DNA from: Thermodesulfobacterium commune DSM 2178
GTDB taxonomy: Bacteria; Desulfobacterota; Thermodesulfobacteria; Thermodesulfobacteriales; Thermodesulfobacteriaceae
Reading direction: 5' to 3'
Assembly (NCBI RefSeq): GCF_000734015.1
Contig: NZ_CP008796.1
Location: 150,001 to 182,000 of the forward strand
Length of the DNA: 32,000 nucleotides
Numbering within the stretch: the stretch's first letter is position 1; each line of letters starts with the position of its first letter. The translations under genes were made by a program, and so were the position numbers. Under the pieces are notes generated by a model. It saw only the letters and a list, made by a program, of their open reading frames with translations, searched no databases and was not told the DNA's origin. Below are positions 1 to 9,474 of this stretch, piece by piece.

Positions 1-480
1 CGGAAACTGCGAGACGAAATTTTTGAGGGCTTCTAAGCTTAGGTCCTTAGAGCTAAACAAAATTAAAAATCCTCGAGAAGTTTCCTCTAAAATGGGCACA
101 ACTATTACCTTTTTTTCTCCGTTTTCGTAAAATTTAACCTTTATTCCATCGATTTCTCCGTCTTTCAGCTCATTTTTAGAAATTTCTAAAAGATTTAAAG
201 TAAACCCTTGCCAATTAGGAATTAAATTTTCTCCCCAAAACATCCTGACCCTTACCTTAGCGCTTGCGTTTTTGTAGGTTCTTTCTTTATTATGGATCTT
301 TCCAAAAAAGTTAAGGTTAGTTTCTTTTATCTGGGTAGTTTGATATCCCGGGAGACTGACAAAAAACTTTTCGTCTGCCTGGTATAAAACCTTGGGGTCA
401 CAAGCTATTTCCCCATAACCGATCACAGGAGAAACTATAAGAATTAATAAGCTTATTCCTATGTTTAAGAGGTTTTTCAT
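1..480 (-). CDS. hypothetical secreted protein, N-terminal 160 codons only (ORF runs off the left window edge)
   Basis: Absent from the supplied ORF track because it is open at the edge. My reverse-complement translation from the ATG at 480..478 gives 160 stop-free codons (MKNLLNIGISLLILIVSPVIGYGEIACDPKVLYQADEKFF...). The N-terminus is hydrophobic and signal-like. Its ATG overlaps the NfeD stop as ATGA (477..480). No family recognised. Confidence 0.55.
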   Translation of the reverse strand, partial: MKNLLNIGISLLILIVSPVIGYGEIACDPKVLYQADEKFFVSLPGYQTTQIKETNLNFFGKIHNKERTYKNASAKVRVRMFWGENLIPNWQGFTLNLLEISKNELKDGEIDGIKVKFYENGEKKVIVVPILEETSRGFLILFSSKDLSLEALKNFVSQFP

Positions 481-1766
481 CGATTTTTTCTCCTTACTTT
501 TAAGATCAGACCATCTTTTTCTACCACTACTACCTTTTCTCCTTCCGGAATGGTTTCATCTGCATAAGCCTGCCAGATTTCTCCCTCGATGAATATCTTT
601 CCACCTTCAGGTCCTATTTCTTTTAAGACCTTCCCCACTTTTCCTACCATACCTTCTTTTCCTGAAACCGGTTTTTTCCGTATGGTTTTAAGGGCGATAT
701 AGGTGATACCTGCTAATAACGAAGAGAAGATAAGCACCAAAGAATATAAAACAGGGGGTGAAACCCTTAAAGCAGGCGGGTTCTTACCAAAAAGCATGGT
801 AGAACCTAAGAAAAGACAGATTACCCCGGCTAAGGTTAAAAGCCCATGTGAGGTTACCTGAAGTTCTAAGAAGAAAAGCACACCGGCTAATAAAATAAAG
901 ACCAGCCCTGCATAGTTAACAGGAATAACACTTAACCCTACCAGGGCCAATATAAGACATACAGCCCCTAATACACCAGGGAATATGCTTCCAGGGTGAG
1001 ATAACTCAAAATAGAGGCCAGCTAACCCTAACATAAGTAAGAAATATACTAAATTCGGATTGGTTAAAATTTTTAGCACTTTTGTCTTTAGGTCTTCAGG
1101 TATTTTTTCTATCCGGACGTTTTTAAGGTTTAAAACCCGTTTTTCTTCTCCTAACAGGACCTGCCTTCCGTGGGCCTTATCTAAAAGGTCGTTTAAATCT
1201 TTGGCTATGATTTCTATTACTCCAGTTTGTAGTGCCTCGGTCTCAGTAATGCTTTTACTTTTTCTTACGGCTTCTTCTGCAAAGGTCTCGTTGCGGTTAC
1301 GCATTTGAGCAAGGTTTTTAGCCCAGGCTACCAAGTCGTTTATTATCTTGTTCATTACCTCTTTATCAGCTTTGCCTGTAAGTTCTACTGGATGAGCAGC
1401 TCCTACGTGAGTACCAGGAGCCATCGCCGCTAAATGTGAGGAAAGGAGAATAAAGGTACCGGCAGAGGCAGCTCTTGCCCCAGAGGGACTTACATAAACT
1501 ATAACAGGGACCTTACTTTGTAAGATGTCCTTTACTATTTCTCTAGTAGACTCAACAAGCCCACCAGGGGTATCAAGCTCTATGACAAAAGCTTCAGCCT
1601 TTTCTTTATTGGCAAGGTCTATCCCATAACTTATGAAATTAGCCATAACAGGGGTAATAGGGGCATCGATTTTTTCATGAAAAACCTTTCTTGGCTCTGC
1701 ACCTTTTAAATAAGAGACCCAAAAACAAACAAGTACTAAACTAATTAGATAAAAATATCTCTTCAT
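477..1766 (-). CDS. NfeD-family membrane-bound serine protease (ClpP-class N-domain, TM helices, C-terminal OB-fold NfeD domain)
   Basis: 429-aa ORF with an N-terminal signal/TM segment. The ClpP-like domain shows ELDTPGGLVES and GARAASAGTFILLSS, as in long-form NfeD/1510-N proteases. Hydrophobic helices span roughly residues 235-350. The C-terminal tail (GKVGKVLKEI...GEIWQAYADE...VVVVEKDGLILKV) is typical of the NfeD OB fold. Confidence 0.85.
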   Translation of the reverse strand: MKRYFYLISLVLVCFWVSYLKGAEPRKVFHEKIDAPITPVMANFISYGIDLANKEKAEAFVIELDTPGGLVESTREIVKDILQSKVPVIVYVSPSGARAASAGTFILLSSHLAAMAPGTHVGAAHPVELTGKADKEVMNKIINDLVAWAKNLAQMRNRNETFAEEAVRKSKSITETEALQTGVIEIIAKDLNDLLDKAHGRQVLLGEEKRVLNLKNVRIEKIPEDLKTKVLKILTNPNLVYFLLMLGLAGLYFELSHPGSIFPGVLGAVCLILALVGLSVIPVNYAGLVFILLAGVLFFLELQVTSHGLLTLAGVICLFLGSTMLFGKNPPALRVSPPVLYSLVLIFSSLLAGITYIALKTIRKKPVSGKEGMVGKVGKVLKEIGPEGGKIFIEGEIWQAYADETIPEGEKVVVVEKDGLILKVRRKNR

Positions 1767-2421
1767 AAAGCTTCCTAAATTTTTGTAAATCTTCCCATAC
1801 TACCCTTTTTATTCCAGGATTTTTTAAAATATAAGCTGGATGATAGGTAAAAAAGAGAGAGGTTTCCTTAAGGGTGAACACCTTCCCTCTAACCAAGGTT
1901 AGGGTCTTTCCTTCTAAAAGTACCTTAGGAGGAGTAAATCCTAATGCTAAAATCAGCTTAGGTCTTAAGTACTTGATTTGTTTTAAAAGATATGGTCTAC
2001 AGGCTTCTATCTCTTCGGGCTCAGGTGGCCTCCCACCCGGAGTTTTACATTTAACTGTATGGGTAATAAAAAACAATTCTCTTTTTAGATTGATAGCATT
2101 AAGCATGCGGTCAAGCAGGTTACCTACTTCTTTTACGAAAGGTTTCCCATAAAAATCTTCGTCTCGGTCAGGATATTCTGAAATTATCATCAATCCTTCA
2201 GGTTCGGTAGGACCTTCACCCCAAACCACTGCTTTTCTAACCCTATGAAGGGAACATTTTTTACAGTGAATAATTTTTTCTTTTAGAGCTGAGAGGGAAT
2301 CTTCTTCTAAAGAGATTTCGCGTTGGAGAAGTCTTTTGATAGCCTCAGAAGCTGGAATACTGGTTAAGCCTATTTCTTTAAAGTATAGAAGGTTTTTAAT
2401 TATTTCAGCTTTAACATCCAT
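1741..2421 (-). CDS. uracil-DNA glycosylase, family 4 (4Fe-4S thermophile type)
   Basis: Motif A is GEGPTEPEGLMIISEYP and motif B is HPAYILKNP, with GKPFVKEVGNLLDRML between them. Four cysteines (CKKCSLH, VKCKTPG, EACRPYL) fit the Fe-S cluster ligands. The start overlaps the selB stop as TAATG. Confidence 0.9.
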   Translation of the reverse strand: MDVKAEIIKNLLYFKEIGLTSIPASEAIKRLLQREISLEEDSLSALKEKIIHCKKCSLHRVRKAVVWGEGPTEPEGLMIISEYPDRDEDFYGKPFVKEVGNLLDRMLNAINLKRELFFITHTVKCKTPGGRPPEPEEIEACRPYLLKQIKYLRPKLILALGFTPPKVLLEGKTLTLVRGKVFTLKETSLFFTYHPAYILKNPGIKRVVWEDLQKFRKLYEEIFLSN

Positions 2422-4334
2422 TAAGTTTTTCTTAATATCCTTTTGTCCCCTACTCTAAGGGTAACCTTTTTTTTATCTAAATATTCTACCAGAGGAATTA
2501 AAAATTTTCTACTCACCTGGGTTGGAGTAAGGTTTTTAAAATCTGCTAGCTCTAATTCCTTTTTCTTTTGAAAGGCAGTCCTTACTAAATTTTCCCATTC
2601 TTCTAAAATTTTAGCGTGAAAGACTAGTTTGTCAGTAAGTTTTACCAAAACGCCTTCTTTTAATAAGGCCTGTGCCAGCTCTTTAGCGGCTTTATAGTTT
2701 TCTTTAAAATCAAGAAGGATGGTTTCAAAATCCCGTGGGGTATATCCCTCTGAAAGAAACTTTTCTTCGAGCTCTTTTTTTAACTTTTCTTTTTCTTCAG
2801 AGTTTAGATGTTTAAACTCGGTTAGAAAGATTATCTCTTTATTTTTTCCTAAGATCCCTTGTTGTATCAAACTTTCAAGGACGTACTGATAAAATCCTTC
2901 TGAAACAAAGGAAGAAATTCTTGTTTTTAGTAGTTCCTTAGTAAGTCCAGGGCTAAAGGGATTGTTCATGTGAAAATTTTTTAAACCAGTGATAATCTCT
3001 GCTTTTAGGTCTTCTTCTGCTTTTTTACTAAAATAAAAGACCTTTTCTCCGTCTTTGATTTCAATCAAGTTGTTACTTAAGTCTTTTAAGAGTTTTTCAA
3101 ACCTTTCTCCAAAGAGAGAAACGGTAATCTGTAGGTCTTTTTTAGAGATACCTAAAAATCCTTTTTTTTCTATCCAAAACTGGATAAGCTCTTTTTCCGA
3201 AGCCTGAGCTAAGTATTCGACTTCTTTTCTTTCCCAGGGTTTAGTTCTTTTTCTTCTATAAGCTACAGGGTTTAAAACCTCCCCTCCGCCTACTGTCTGG
3301 TTAGTAGAGGCTCGTCTTAAGATAAATCTGTCTCCCCTCCAGGCAACTATTGGAACTTGCACAAACAATTGAGCTACGTCTTCTTCCCCTGGGTTTAACT
3401 GGTTTTTTCCTAAAAGGAAAACCTTGGCTACGGTTTCTTTGGTTCCGATATAAAAAAGAAGGTTTTCAAAGTTTTTGATCGGAGGTTTTATGCTTTTTAA
3501 GGACACAAGTTTTACATCTATCCACTGAGAAGGTTTTAAGACTTCAGGTTCTGCAAGCACGTCTCCTCTTTCTATGTCTTCTTTTTCTATACCTTGCAAG
3601 TTAAGTGCAGTTCTCATCCCTGCATAAGCTACTTCCACGTTTTTTCCGTGAACTTGAATGTTTCTTACTTTTGTAGTAAGATTTTTTGGATAAACTACCA
3701 AGTTTTGGTTAAGATAAACCTTACCTGAAATGGCTGTCCCACGAGCTACCGTTCCAAACCCTTTTACGGTAAACACCCCGTCTACCGGGAGCCTAAAAGG
3801 TTGGTCTTCTACCTTGGCAGAGACCTTTAAAGCCTTTTCATCTAGTGCTTTAATTATTGCTTCTTTACCTTGTCCTGTAACTGCTGAAAATTCTAAGATA
3901 GGTGCCTCTTTTAAAAAGGTGTTTTTTAAAAATTCCTTTAAATCCTCTTTTATTAGGTCTAACCAGTCTTTTTCTACCAAATCTACTTTGGTTAAAACCA
4001 CTATTCCGTCTTTAATCCCTAAAAGTTCGCAAATTTCTATGTGCTCTCTGGTTTGAGGCATAACTCCTTCGTCAGCAGCCACTACAAGGATAACCAGGTC
4101 AATACCTGAGGCTCCAGCTACCATGTTTCGAATAAACCTTTCATGACCAGGAACATCTACTATTCCTGCAAGGGTGCCTGAAGGTAAGACTAAATGGGCA
4201 AACCCTAGATCTATAGTAATACCTCTTTCTTTTTCCTCTTTTAGCCTGTCTGTATCAATTCCAGTGAGAGCTTTAACTAAGGTAGTTTTTCCGTGATCTA
4301 TATGACCGGCTGTTCCTATGATAACCCTTTTCAT
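2421..4334 (-). CDS. selB: selenocysteine-specific translation elongation factor SelB
   Basis: The N-terminus [42 protein letters not shown], then DVPGHERF and LTKVD, are GTPase motifs in the SelB pattern. At 637 aa it has a long K/E-rich C-terminal extension (winged-helix mRNA-binding region) that EF-Tu lacks. Confidence 0.9.
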   Translation of the reverse strand: MKRVIIGTAGHIDHGKTTLVKALTGIDTDRLKEEKERGITIDLGFAHLVLPSGTLAGIVDVPGHERFIRNMVAGASGIDLVILVVAADEGVMPQTREHIEICELLGIKDGIVVLTKVDLVEKDWLDLIKEDLKEFLKNTFLKEAPILEFSAVTGQGKEAIIKALDEKALKVSAKVEDQPFRLPVDGVFTVKGFGTVARGTAISGKVYLNQNLVVYPKNLTTKVRNIQVHGKNVEVAYAGMRTALNLQGIEKEDIERGDVLAEPEVLKPSQWIDVKLVSLKSIKPPIKNFENLLFYIGTKETVAKVFLLGKNQLNPGEEDVAQLFVQVPIVAWRGDRFILRRASTNQTVGGGEVLNPVAYRRKRTKPWERKEVEYLAQASEKELIQFWIEKKGFLGISKKDLQITVSLFGERFEKLLKDLSNNLIEIKDGEKVFYFSKKAEEDLKAEIITGLKNFHMNNPFSPGLTKELLKTRISSFVSEGFYQYVLESLIQQGILGKNKEIIFLTEFKHLNSEEKEKLKKELEEKFLSEGYTPRDFETILLDFKENYKAAKELAQALLKEGVLVKLTDKLVFHAKILEEWENLVRTAFQKKKELELADFKNLTPTQVSRKFLIPLVEYLDKKKVTLRVGDKRILRKT

Positions 4335-4343
4335 AATTTGCCT

Positions 4344-6419
4344 TTAAATAAAAGCGGTAAAATCTCCAAATTTTTCAAAAAGCTCAGCCACCCTTTGTAA
4401 GATCCTTAAACGGTTTTCTCTTATCTTCTCATTTTCTACCATCACAAACACCTTATCAAAAAATCTGTCTATCGGTTCTTTAAGACTTACCAAATGTTCT
4501 AAGTAAGAAGAATAATCTTTTTTTTCTATCAGACCAAGTAAAACTGGTCTTAGATTTAAAGCCTGTTGATAAAGCTCTTTTTCCTCTTCTAATAAGATAA
4601 GGTTTTCTCTAACTTCCTCTAAAAGAGTTTGTTTGTCTACATTTTTTAACAACTGGGATACCCGTTTAAACCCAGTAATAAGGTCAACAAAATCTTTTTT
4701 CTCCTGAAAATCTGAAAGGGCCTTTAGTCTTAGATATTGGTCATAAGGATTTAGAGGTAACTGAAGAACAACACCTATAACATTTTTGCTAAAACCCAAG
4801 TTTAAAAACTCTCCCTCTAAGCGTTTTTTGATAAATTCTGTAACTTCCTCTAAAGCCTCAGGATTTTTTAAAAATCCTTGTTTTTCTAACAAACTAAGAG
4901 AAAACTCTATAGCTTCTTCCAGGTCTAAAAATTTTTCTTTTCCTATAAGCAGTTTTACTATACCATAACCTGCTCTTCTAAGCCCATAAGGATCTTTTTC
5001 TCCAGAGGGCTTTTCATTGACTCCAAAAAGTGCGCAAAGATGGTCTATTTTGTCAGCTAATGAAAGGATGATGCCTTCAAAAGACTGAGGGAGGGTTTCA
5101 TCTTTGGATGAGGGGAGATACTGTTCAAAAACTGCCTCTGCAATATCCTTTCCTTCTTTATGCTCAAGCAAAATCTTCCCTATAACCCCTTGTAACGAAG
5201 GAAACTCACTTACCACCTCTGAGGCTGTATCTATTTTAGCGTAAAGACATGTTTTCTCTATTTTAGAGGGAAGGTATGGATAATCTAATTTTAACGCTAA
5301 ATATTTACCCAGATCTATTAACCTTTGAGTTTTTTCCCATAGAGTTCCACATTTGATATGATAAACTATACCTTTAATTTTTTCTAAAAAGTAGGAAAGA
5401 GGTTGACTAAGGTCTTTTTCAAAATAAAATTTGGCATCTTCAAGCCTGGCCTTAGTAACTCTTTCATGTCCTTTTTTTACTACCCCCCAATCTTTAGGAC
5501 GGTTGTTATTCACCGCAATGAAATAGTTAAGAAGTTTTCCCTCGAGGGTTCTAATACAGAAATATCTCTGATGTTCTTTTAAAGCAGTTGTGACTAGAGG
5601 TTCTGGGAGGGTTAAAAAACTTTCTGGAAAACTGCCTACTATGGGAAAGGGATATTCTACTAAGTTAGCGTTTTCTTTTAAGAGGTCTTCATCTATTTCA
5701 GGCACACCATAGGGCTGAGAAACCTCAAAGATGCTTTTTTTAGTAAAAGTTAATCTTTTTTCAGGAGAAACTATAACAAAGTTATTTTCAAGTTGTGTTT
5801 CATATTCTTCCCAGTCTGCTTTGTTAAGCACGATGGGAGATGGGCTTAAAAAACGATGCCCTAAGCTTTGGTTTGTAGCTTGTATCCTTGCTATTTTAAT
5901 GGGAATAACTTCTTCCCCAAAAAGACAAACCATCCATCTTATAGGACGACCAAACCTAACGTCATAATCCCCCCATTTCATGGTTTTTGGGAAATAGATT
6001 TCTTTAAGTAAAGAAAATAGCAGGGAAGGTAAGAGGTCTTTTGTTTTTTGTCCAGGAATGGTTCTTTTAAGGTAAAAATACTCACCCTTAGGGGTTTTTT
6101 TAGTTTTAAGGTCTTCTGGCTTTACTCCGTACTTTTTAGCAAACCCGATTAATGCTTGACTAAAGGTTCCTTCTTTAGTAAGCCCTACATTAATAGAAGG
6201 ACCTAAAACTTCCTCTTCTCTGTCTGGTTGTTTTTCTGAGAGATCCTTTACAAAAAGGACCAATCTTCTAAATGTTCCTGCGGTTTTGATTTCTTGATAG
6301 TCTAAAAAAAGTTCTTTTAATTTTTTTTCTGCGGCCTTTTGTAAGCTTAAAAGTGCAGGTTCGATAAACCTTGCCGGAAGCTCTTCTGTCCCTATTTCCC
6401 AAAGAAGATTTTTATTCAT
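4344..6419 (-). CDS. glyS: glycine--tRNA ligase beta subunit
   Basis: 691-aa ORF. The N-terminus [14 protein letters not shown] is the hallmark GlyS start. It overlaps glyQ by 8 nt in the usual glyQS order. Confidence 0.95.
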   Translation of the reverse strand: MNKNLLWEIGTEELPARFIEPALLSLQKAAEKKLKELFLDYQEIKTAGTFRRLVLFVKDLSEKQPDREEEVLGPSINVGLTKEGTFSQALIGFAKKYGVKPEDLKTKKTPKGEYFYLKRTIPGQKTKDLLPSLLFSLLKEIYFPKTMKWGDYDVRFGRPIRWMVCLFGEEVIPIKIARIQATNQSLGHRFLSPSPIVLNKADWEEYETQLENNFVIVSPEKRLTFTKKSIFEVSQPYGVPEIDEDLLKENANLVEYPFPIVGSFPESFLTLPEPLVTTALKEHQRYFCIRTLEGKLLNYFIAVNNNRPKDWGVVKKGHERVTKARLEDAKFYFEKDLSQPLSYFLEKIKGIVYHIKCGTLWEKTQRLIDLGKYLALKLDYPYLPSKIEKTCLYAKIDTASEVVSEFPSLQGVIGKILLEHKEGKDIAEAVFEQYLPSSKDETLPQSFEGIILSLADKIDHLCALFGVNEKPSGEKDPYGLRRAGYGIVKLLIGKEKFLDLEEAIEFSLSLLEKQGFLKNPEALEEVTEFIKKRLEGEFLNLGFSKNVIGVVLQLPLNPYDQYLRLKALSDFQEKKDFVDLITGFKRVSQLLKNVDKQTLLEEVRENLILLEEEKELYQQALNLRPVLLGLIEKKDYSSYLEHLVSLKEPIDRFFDKVFVMVENEKIRENRLRILQRVAELFEKFGDFTAFI

Positions 6420-7266
6420 CTTCCCTTTCTCCTTTGTTTAGCCAAGTTTCAGCAGCTTTTTTTGCCAAACCCCTCACACGACCTATGTAATTTGCCCTTT
6501 CTATAGGAGAAAGGACTCCTCTTGCATCAAGGAGGTTAAAGGTATGGGAACATTTGATGACAAAGTCATAACCTGGAAGCGCAAGACCTAAACTTAAAAG
6601 TCTGTTGCCTTCGGCTTCGTATTTGTCAAAAAGTTCTTTTAAAAGGTTTACATCTGCTTCGTCAAAATTATAGATAGAATATTCTACCTCTCCTCGATGA
6701 TGTATATCTCTATAGGTATATTTTGAGTTCCATTTAAGGTCAAAAACGTTTTCTACCTCTTGAAGATACATGGTAATACGTTCAAGCCCATAGGTAATTT
6801 CTACAGTTACCGGAAAACAGTCAAAACCCCCTACTTGTTGGAAATAGGTAAACTGAGTAATTTCCATCCCGTCAAGCCAAACCTCCCAACCCAATCCCCA
6901 GGCTCCTAAGGTGGGAGATTCCCAGTCGTCTTCTACAAACCTTATGTCATGTTCCGTAGGGTTAATACCTAAAGCTTGAAGACTTTCCAGGTAAAGGTCC
7001 TGGATGTTATCAGGCGAGGGTTTAATGATGACTTGATACTGGTAGTAATGTTGTAATCTGTTAGGATTTTCTCCATATCTTCCGTCTGCTGGCCTTCTAC
7101 AAGGTTGTACATATGCACAGGCAAAGGGTTCAGGGCCAAGACATCTCAAAAAAGTAGCAGGATGAAAGGTTCCTGCCCCTACCTCTATATCATATGGCTG
7201 AAGAATTACACAACCTTTTTCTCCCCAAAAACGATTTAAAGTAGCAATCACATCTTGAAAATACAT
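6412..7266 (-). CDS. glyQ: glycine--tRNA ligase alpha subunit
   Basis: 284 aa. [41 protein letters not shown] and [28 protein letters not shown] are near-invariant GlyQ sequence. Confidence 0.95.
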   Translation of the reverse strand: MYFQDVIATLNRFWGEKGCVILQPYDIEVGAGTFHPATFLRCLGPEPFACAYVQPCRRPADGRYGENPNRLQHYYQYQVIIKPSPDNIQDLYLESLQALGINPTEHDIRFVEDDWESPTLGAWGLGWEVWLDGMEITQFTYFQQVGGFDCFPVTVEITYGLERITMYLQEVENVFDLKWNSKYTYRDIHHRGEVEYSIYNFDEADVNLLKELFDKYEAEGNRLLSLGLALPGYDFVIKCSHTFNLLDARGVLSPIERANYIGRVRGLAKKAAETWLNKGEREDE

Positions 7267-7278
7267 GCCTCAACCTCT

Positions 7279-8322
7279 CTAAACCAAGATAACTTGTGGT
7301 TCATCTTGCTCTCTTTTGTCAACATAACCTATTACATGATAACCTTCCCCTAAAGCAGAAATAAGACTTGTTATTTCCTCTACTTCTTCTCTACTTACTA
7401 TCAAAACAAGCCCTATTCCGCAGTTAAACACCTGATACATCTCTTCTTCAGATATCTCTCCCCATTTCTGAAGAAGGTGAAAAATCGCTGGTTTTTCCCA
7501 GGTGTTTTTTTCTATTATTACCTTACAATTTTGGGGTAAAATCCTTGGAAGGTTGTCTATAAAACCACCTCCTGTGATGTGAGCACAACCTTTGATGTTA
7601 TACCCTTTATTGGTAAGGGTTAACATAATTGGTACATAAATTTTGGTGGGGGTAAGAACTACCTCTCCTATAGGTCTTCCTAACTCTTCAGGAATATAAT
7701 CTAAACTTATTTGTTTTTCTTCCAAAATTTTTCTTACTAAAGAAAATCCATTGCTATGAAGCCCGCTTGAAGGTATTCCTATTAAGACATCTCCTATAGA
7801 GATGGTTGAGCCATCTATAACCTTTTCTTTTTCAACTATTCCCACCGCAAAACCTGCACAATCATAATCTCCAGGGGCATACATTCCTGGCATTTCTGCT
7901 GTTTCTCCACCCAAAAGGGCACATTGAGAGATCTTACATCCCTCTACTATCCCCGCAATCAATTCTTCAAAAATTTTTTCTTCAAACTTCCCAAAAGCTA
8001 AATAATCCAAAAAGAAAAGTGGCTTGGCTCCACAAGTAATGATATCATTTACACACATAGCCACCAAGTCGATCCCAATTCCTTTATGGATTCCTGCCTT
8101 AATAGCAAGCTTGATTTTAGTACCAACCCCATCTGTAGAAGACACTAAAACAGGGTTTTTATAGGTATTTAGGTCTAAGGAAAAGAGTCCAGCATAGCCT
8201 CCAATTCCTGAGATTACCCCTTTTTGAGGAAGACCTGAAGAATACTTTTTGACAATTTCTACCAAAAGATTGGCTTTTTCCAGGTCAACCCCTGCAGCTC
8301 TATACTTTTCTGCAGCGTTCAT
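7279..8322 (-). CDS. purM: phosphoribosylformylglycinamidine cyclo-ligase (AIR synthetase)
   Basis: Carries the PurM pattern (YRAAGVDLEKAN..., SSTDGVGTK, DLVAMCVNDI, CAGFAVG). I place the start at the ATG at 8322 (MNAAEKYRAAGVD). It has an AAGGGGA Shine-Dalgarno (SD) box 5 nt upstream and aligns with the canonical PurM N-terminus. The track start at 8358 is a TTG with no SD. Confidence 0.9.
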   Translation of the reverse strand: MNAAEKYRAAGVDLEKANLLVEIVKKYSSGLPQKGVISGIGGYAGLFSLDLNTYKNPVLVSSTDGVGTKIKLAIKAGIHKGIGIDLVAMCVNDIITCGAKPLFFLDYLAFGKFEEKIFEELIAGIVEGCKISQCALLGGETAEMPGMYAPGDYDCAGFAVGIVEKEKVIDGSTISIGDVLIGIPSSGLHSNGFSLVRKILEEKQISLDYIPEELGRPIGEVVLTPTKIYVPIMLTLTNKGYNIKGCAHITGGGFIDNLPRILPQNCKVIIEKNTWEKPAIFHLLQKWGEISEEEMYQVFNCGIGLVLIVSREEVEEITSLISALGEGYHVIGYVDKREQDEPQVILV

Positions 8323-8409
8323 AGAAATCCCCTTGGTCAATATGTTTGATGATTTCAAAATTTTATATTATATTTTTCTAAAAACAAGATTCTTTATGGA
8401 CTAAATAGG

Positions 8410-8871
8410 ATGCAAGGAAAATTCCCTAAAAAAGTTAATGAAGAAGAAAAAAAAGAAATTTTCAAGTATTTGGAAGATAGGTTTGGCTTTTCTCCGTCTC
8501 TATTTGAAGACTATGAAGTATTAAAAGGAGTTTCGAACTTTTGGCTTTTTCCTAAAACTCTTTATTTAGAAATCTTAACCTCTCTTGAGGTCCAAACTGT
8601 AGGTCTTCTTTTTCTAAGAAAAGTCTCTTCTTATCTTAAGCCTACCTCTGCTTTCTTGCAAAGGTTTGGGAATTTTGCTACCAAAAATATAGTGTCCCTC
8701 AATTTTCAACTGATAGAAGAGTTAAAAAAGAAGAAAAAAGTAGAAATAAACTTGGATCTAAACCCTGGTTACGTTATTCTTAAAGATGAGAAATGGGTTT
8801 TAGGTTGTGGACTTTATCTACCTGGAAGGCTTTTTGCCTATCTCGAAGAAAAAATACTGAGAAATTTATAG
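8410..8871 (+). CDS. hypothetical small protein; tail resembles the PUA-like C-terminal domain of RsmF/NOL1-NOP2-Sun RNA methyltransferases
   Basis: 153-aa ORF divergent from purM. The C-terminal GYVILKDEKWVLGCGLYLPGRLFAYLEEKILRNL recalls the G-W-x-L-V...LG-x-GK...LKN-x-P pattern of RsmF C-domains. The N-terminal EEKKEIFKYLEDRFGF also fits. This is recognition by eye only. The SD is weak. Confidence 0.45.
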   Translation: MQGKFPKKVNEEEKKEIFKYLEDRFGFSPSLFEDYEVLKGVSNFWLFPKTLYLEILTSLEVQTVGLLFLRKVSSYLKPTSAFLQRFGNFATKNIVSLNFQLIEELKKKKKVEINLDLNPGYVILKDEKWVLGCGLYLPGRLFAYLEEKILRNL

Positions 8872-8884
8872 TTGAAAAATTGTT

Positions 8885-8909
8885 CAGAAGGGGGGATATC
8901 CCCCTTCTG
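8885..8909. terminator. perfect 10-bp GC-rich hairpin between convergent genes (likely intrinsic terminator, best for the minus-strand rhodanese gene)
   Basis: CAGAAGGGGG (8885-8894), a GATAT loop, then CCCCCTTCTG (8900-8909). On the minus strand the hairpin is followed by AACAATTTTTCAA (a T-run). On the plus strand the trailing sequence is less T-rich. Confidence 0.55.
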
Positions 8910-8919
8910 CTAAAAGATT

Positions 8920-9414
8920 TTAGTGTATATGGGTTGCTTTTTTCATCCCCTTACCTGGAGCTTCAGGCTCTCCAGTTTCTATAGGTTGCTTAGCTTCTTT
9001 CCAGGCAGCGATACCACCTTTTAAATTATAAACCTTTTTGTAACCCAATTTTTTAAGGTCACAGGTAGCTACTACCCCTCTTCCTCCAGTCGCACAATAA
9101 ACTAAATAGGTTTTTTCTTTGTCTGGGAGCCACTCGTAAACTTTAAAGTCTAAAAGCCCTCTTGGTGTCCAAATAGCCCCAGGAATATGTCCGGCTTTAT
9201 ATTCTGTATATTCCCTTACATCAAGTATAACAGCCCCTTCAGCTATGAGTTTCTTAGCACCTTCTACATCCACCTCTTGTACACCACAAACTGTCTTAGC
9301 CTCCTTTACCCTTTCTTCACTTAAAGGAGTAGCAGTAAAACCTGTGTTTACTGCTACAAAGGTAAATACCAAAAAACTTAGAACCCAACTTAAAAACCTT
9401 TTACCTGATCTCAT
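8920..9414 (-). CDS. secreted single-domain rhodanese (sulfurtransferase)
   Basis: 164 aa with a signal peptide (FLSWVLSFLVFTFVAVNTGFTA). The rhodanese core has LDVREYTEYKAGHIPGA and the active-site loop YCATGGRG (C-x4-R). Confidence 0.85.
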   Translation of the reverse strand: MRSGKRFLSWVLSFLVFTFVAVNTGFTATPLSEERVKEAKTVCGVQEVDVEGAKKLIAEGAVILDVREYTEYKAGHIPGAIWTPRGLLDFKVYEWLPDKEKTYLVYCATGGRGVVATCDLKKLGYKKVYNLKGGIAAWKEAKQPIETGEPEAPGKGMKKATHIH

Positions 9415-9474
9415 AAGACTACCTCCTGTTTTTAGGATTTTATTTTAGATAATATTAATCCACTTTCTAAAAAA

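Noticed and set aside
8323-8358. 12-codon N-terminal extension of purM (TTG start at 8358)
   Set aside because: The TTG has no SD. The ATG at 8322 has an AAGGGGA SD and matches the canonical PurM start.
8728-8742. A-rich run (AAAAAGAAGAAAAAAG) encoding KKKKK in the 153-aa ORF, considered as a slippery frameshift site
   Set aside because: The reading frame continues intact to a sensible C-terminal domain. No alternative-frame ORF of note follows.
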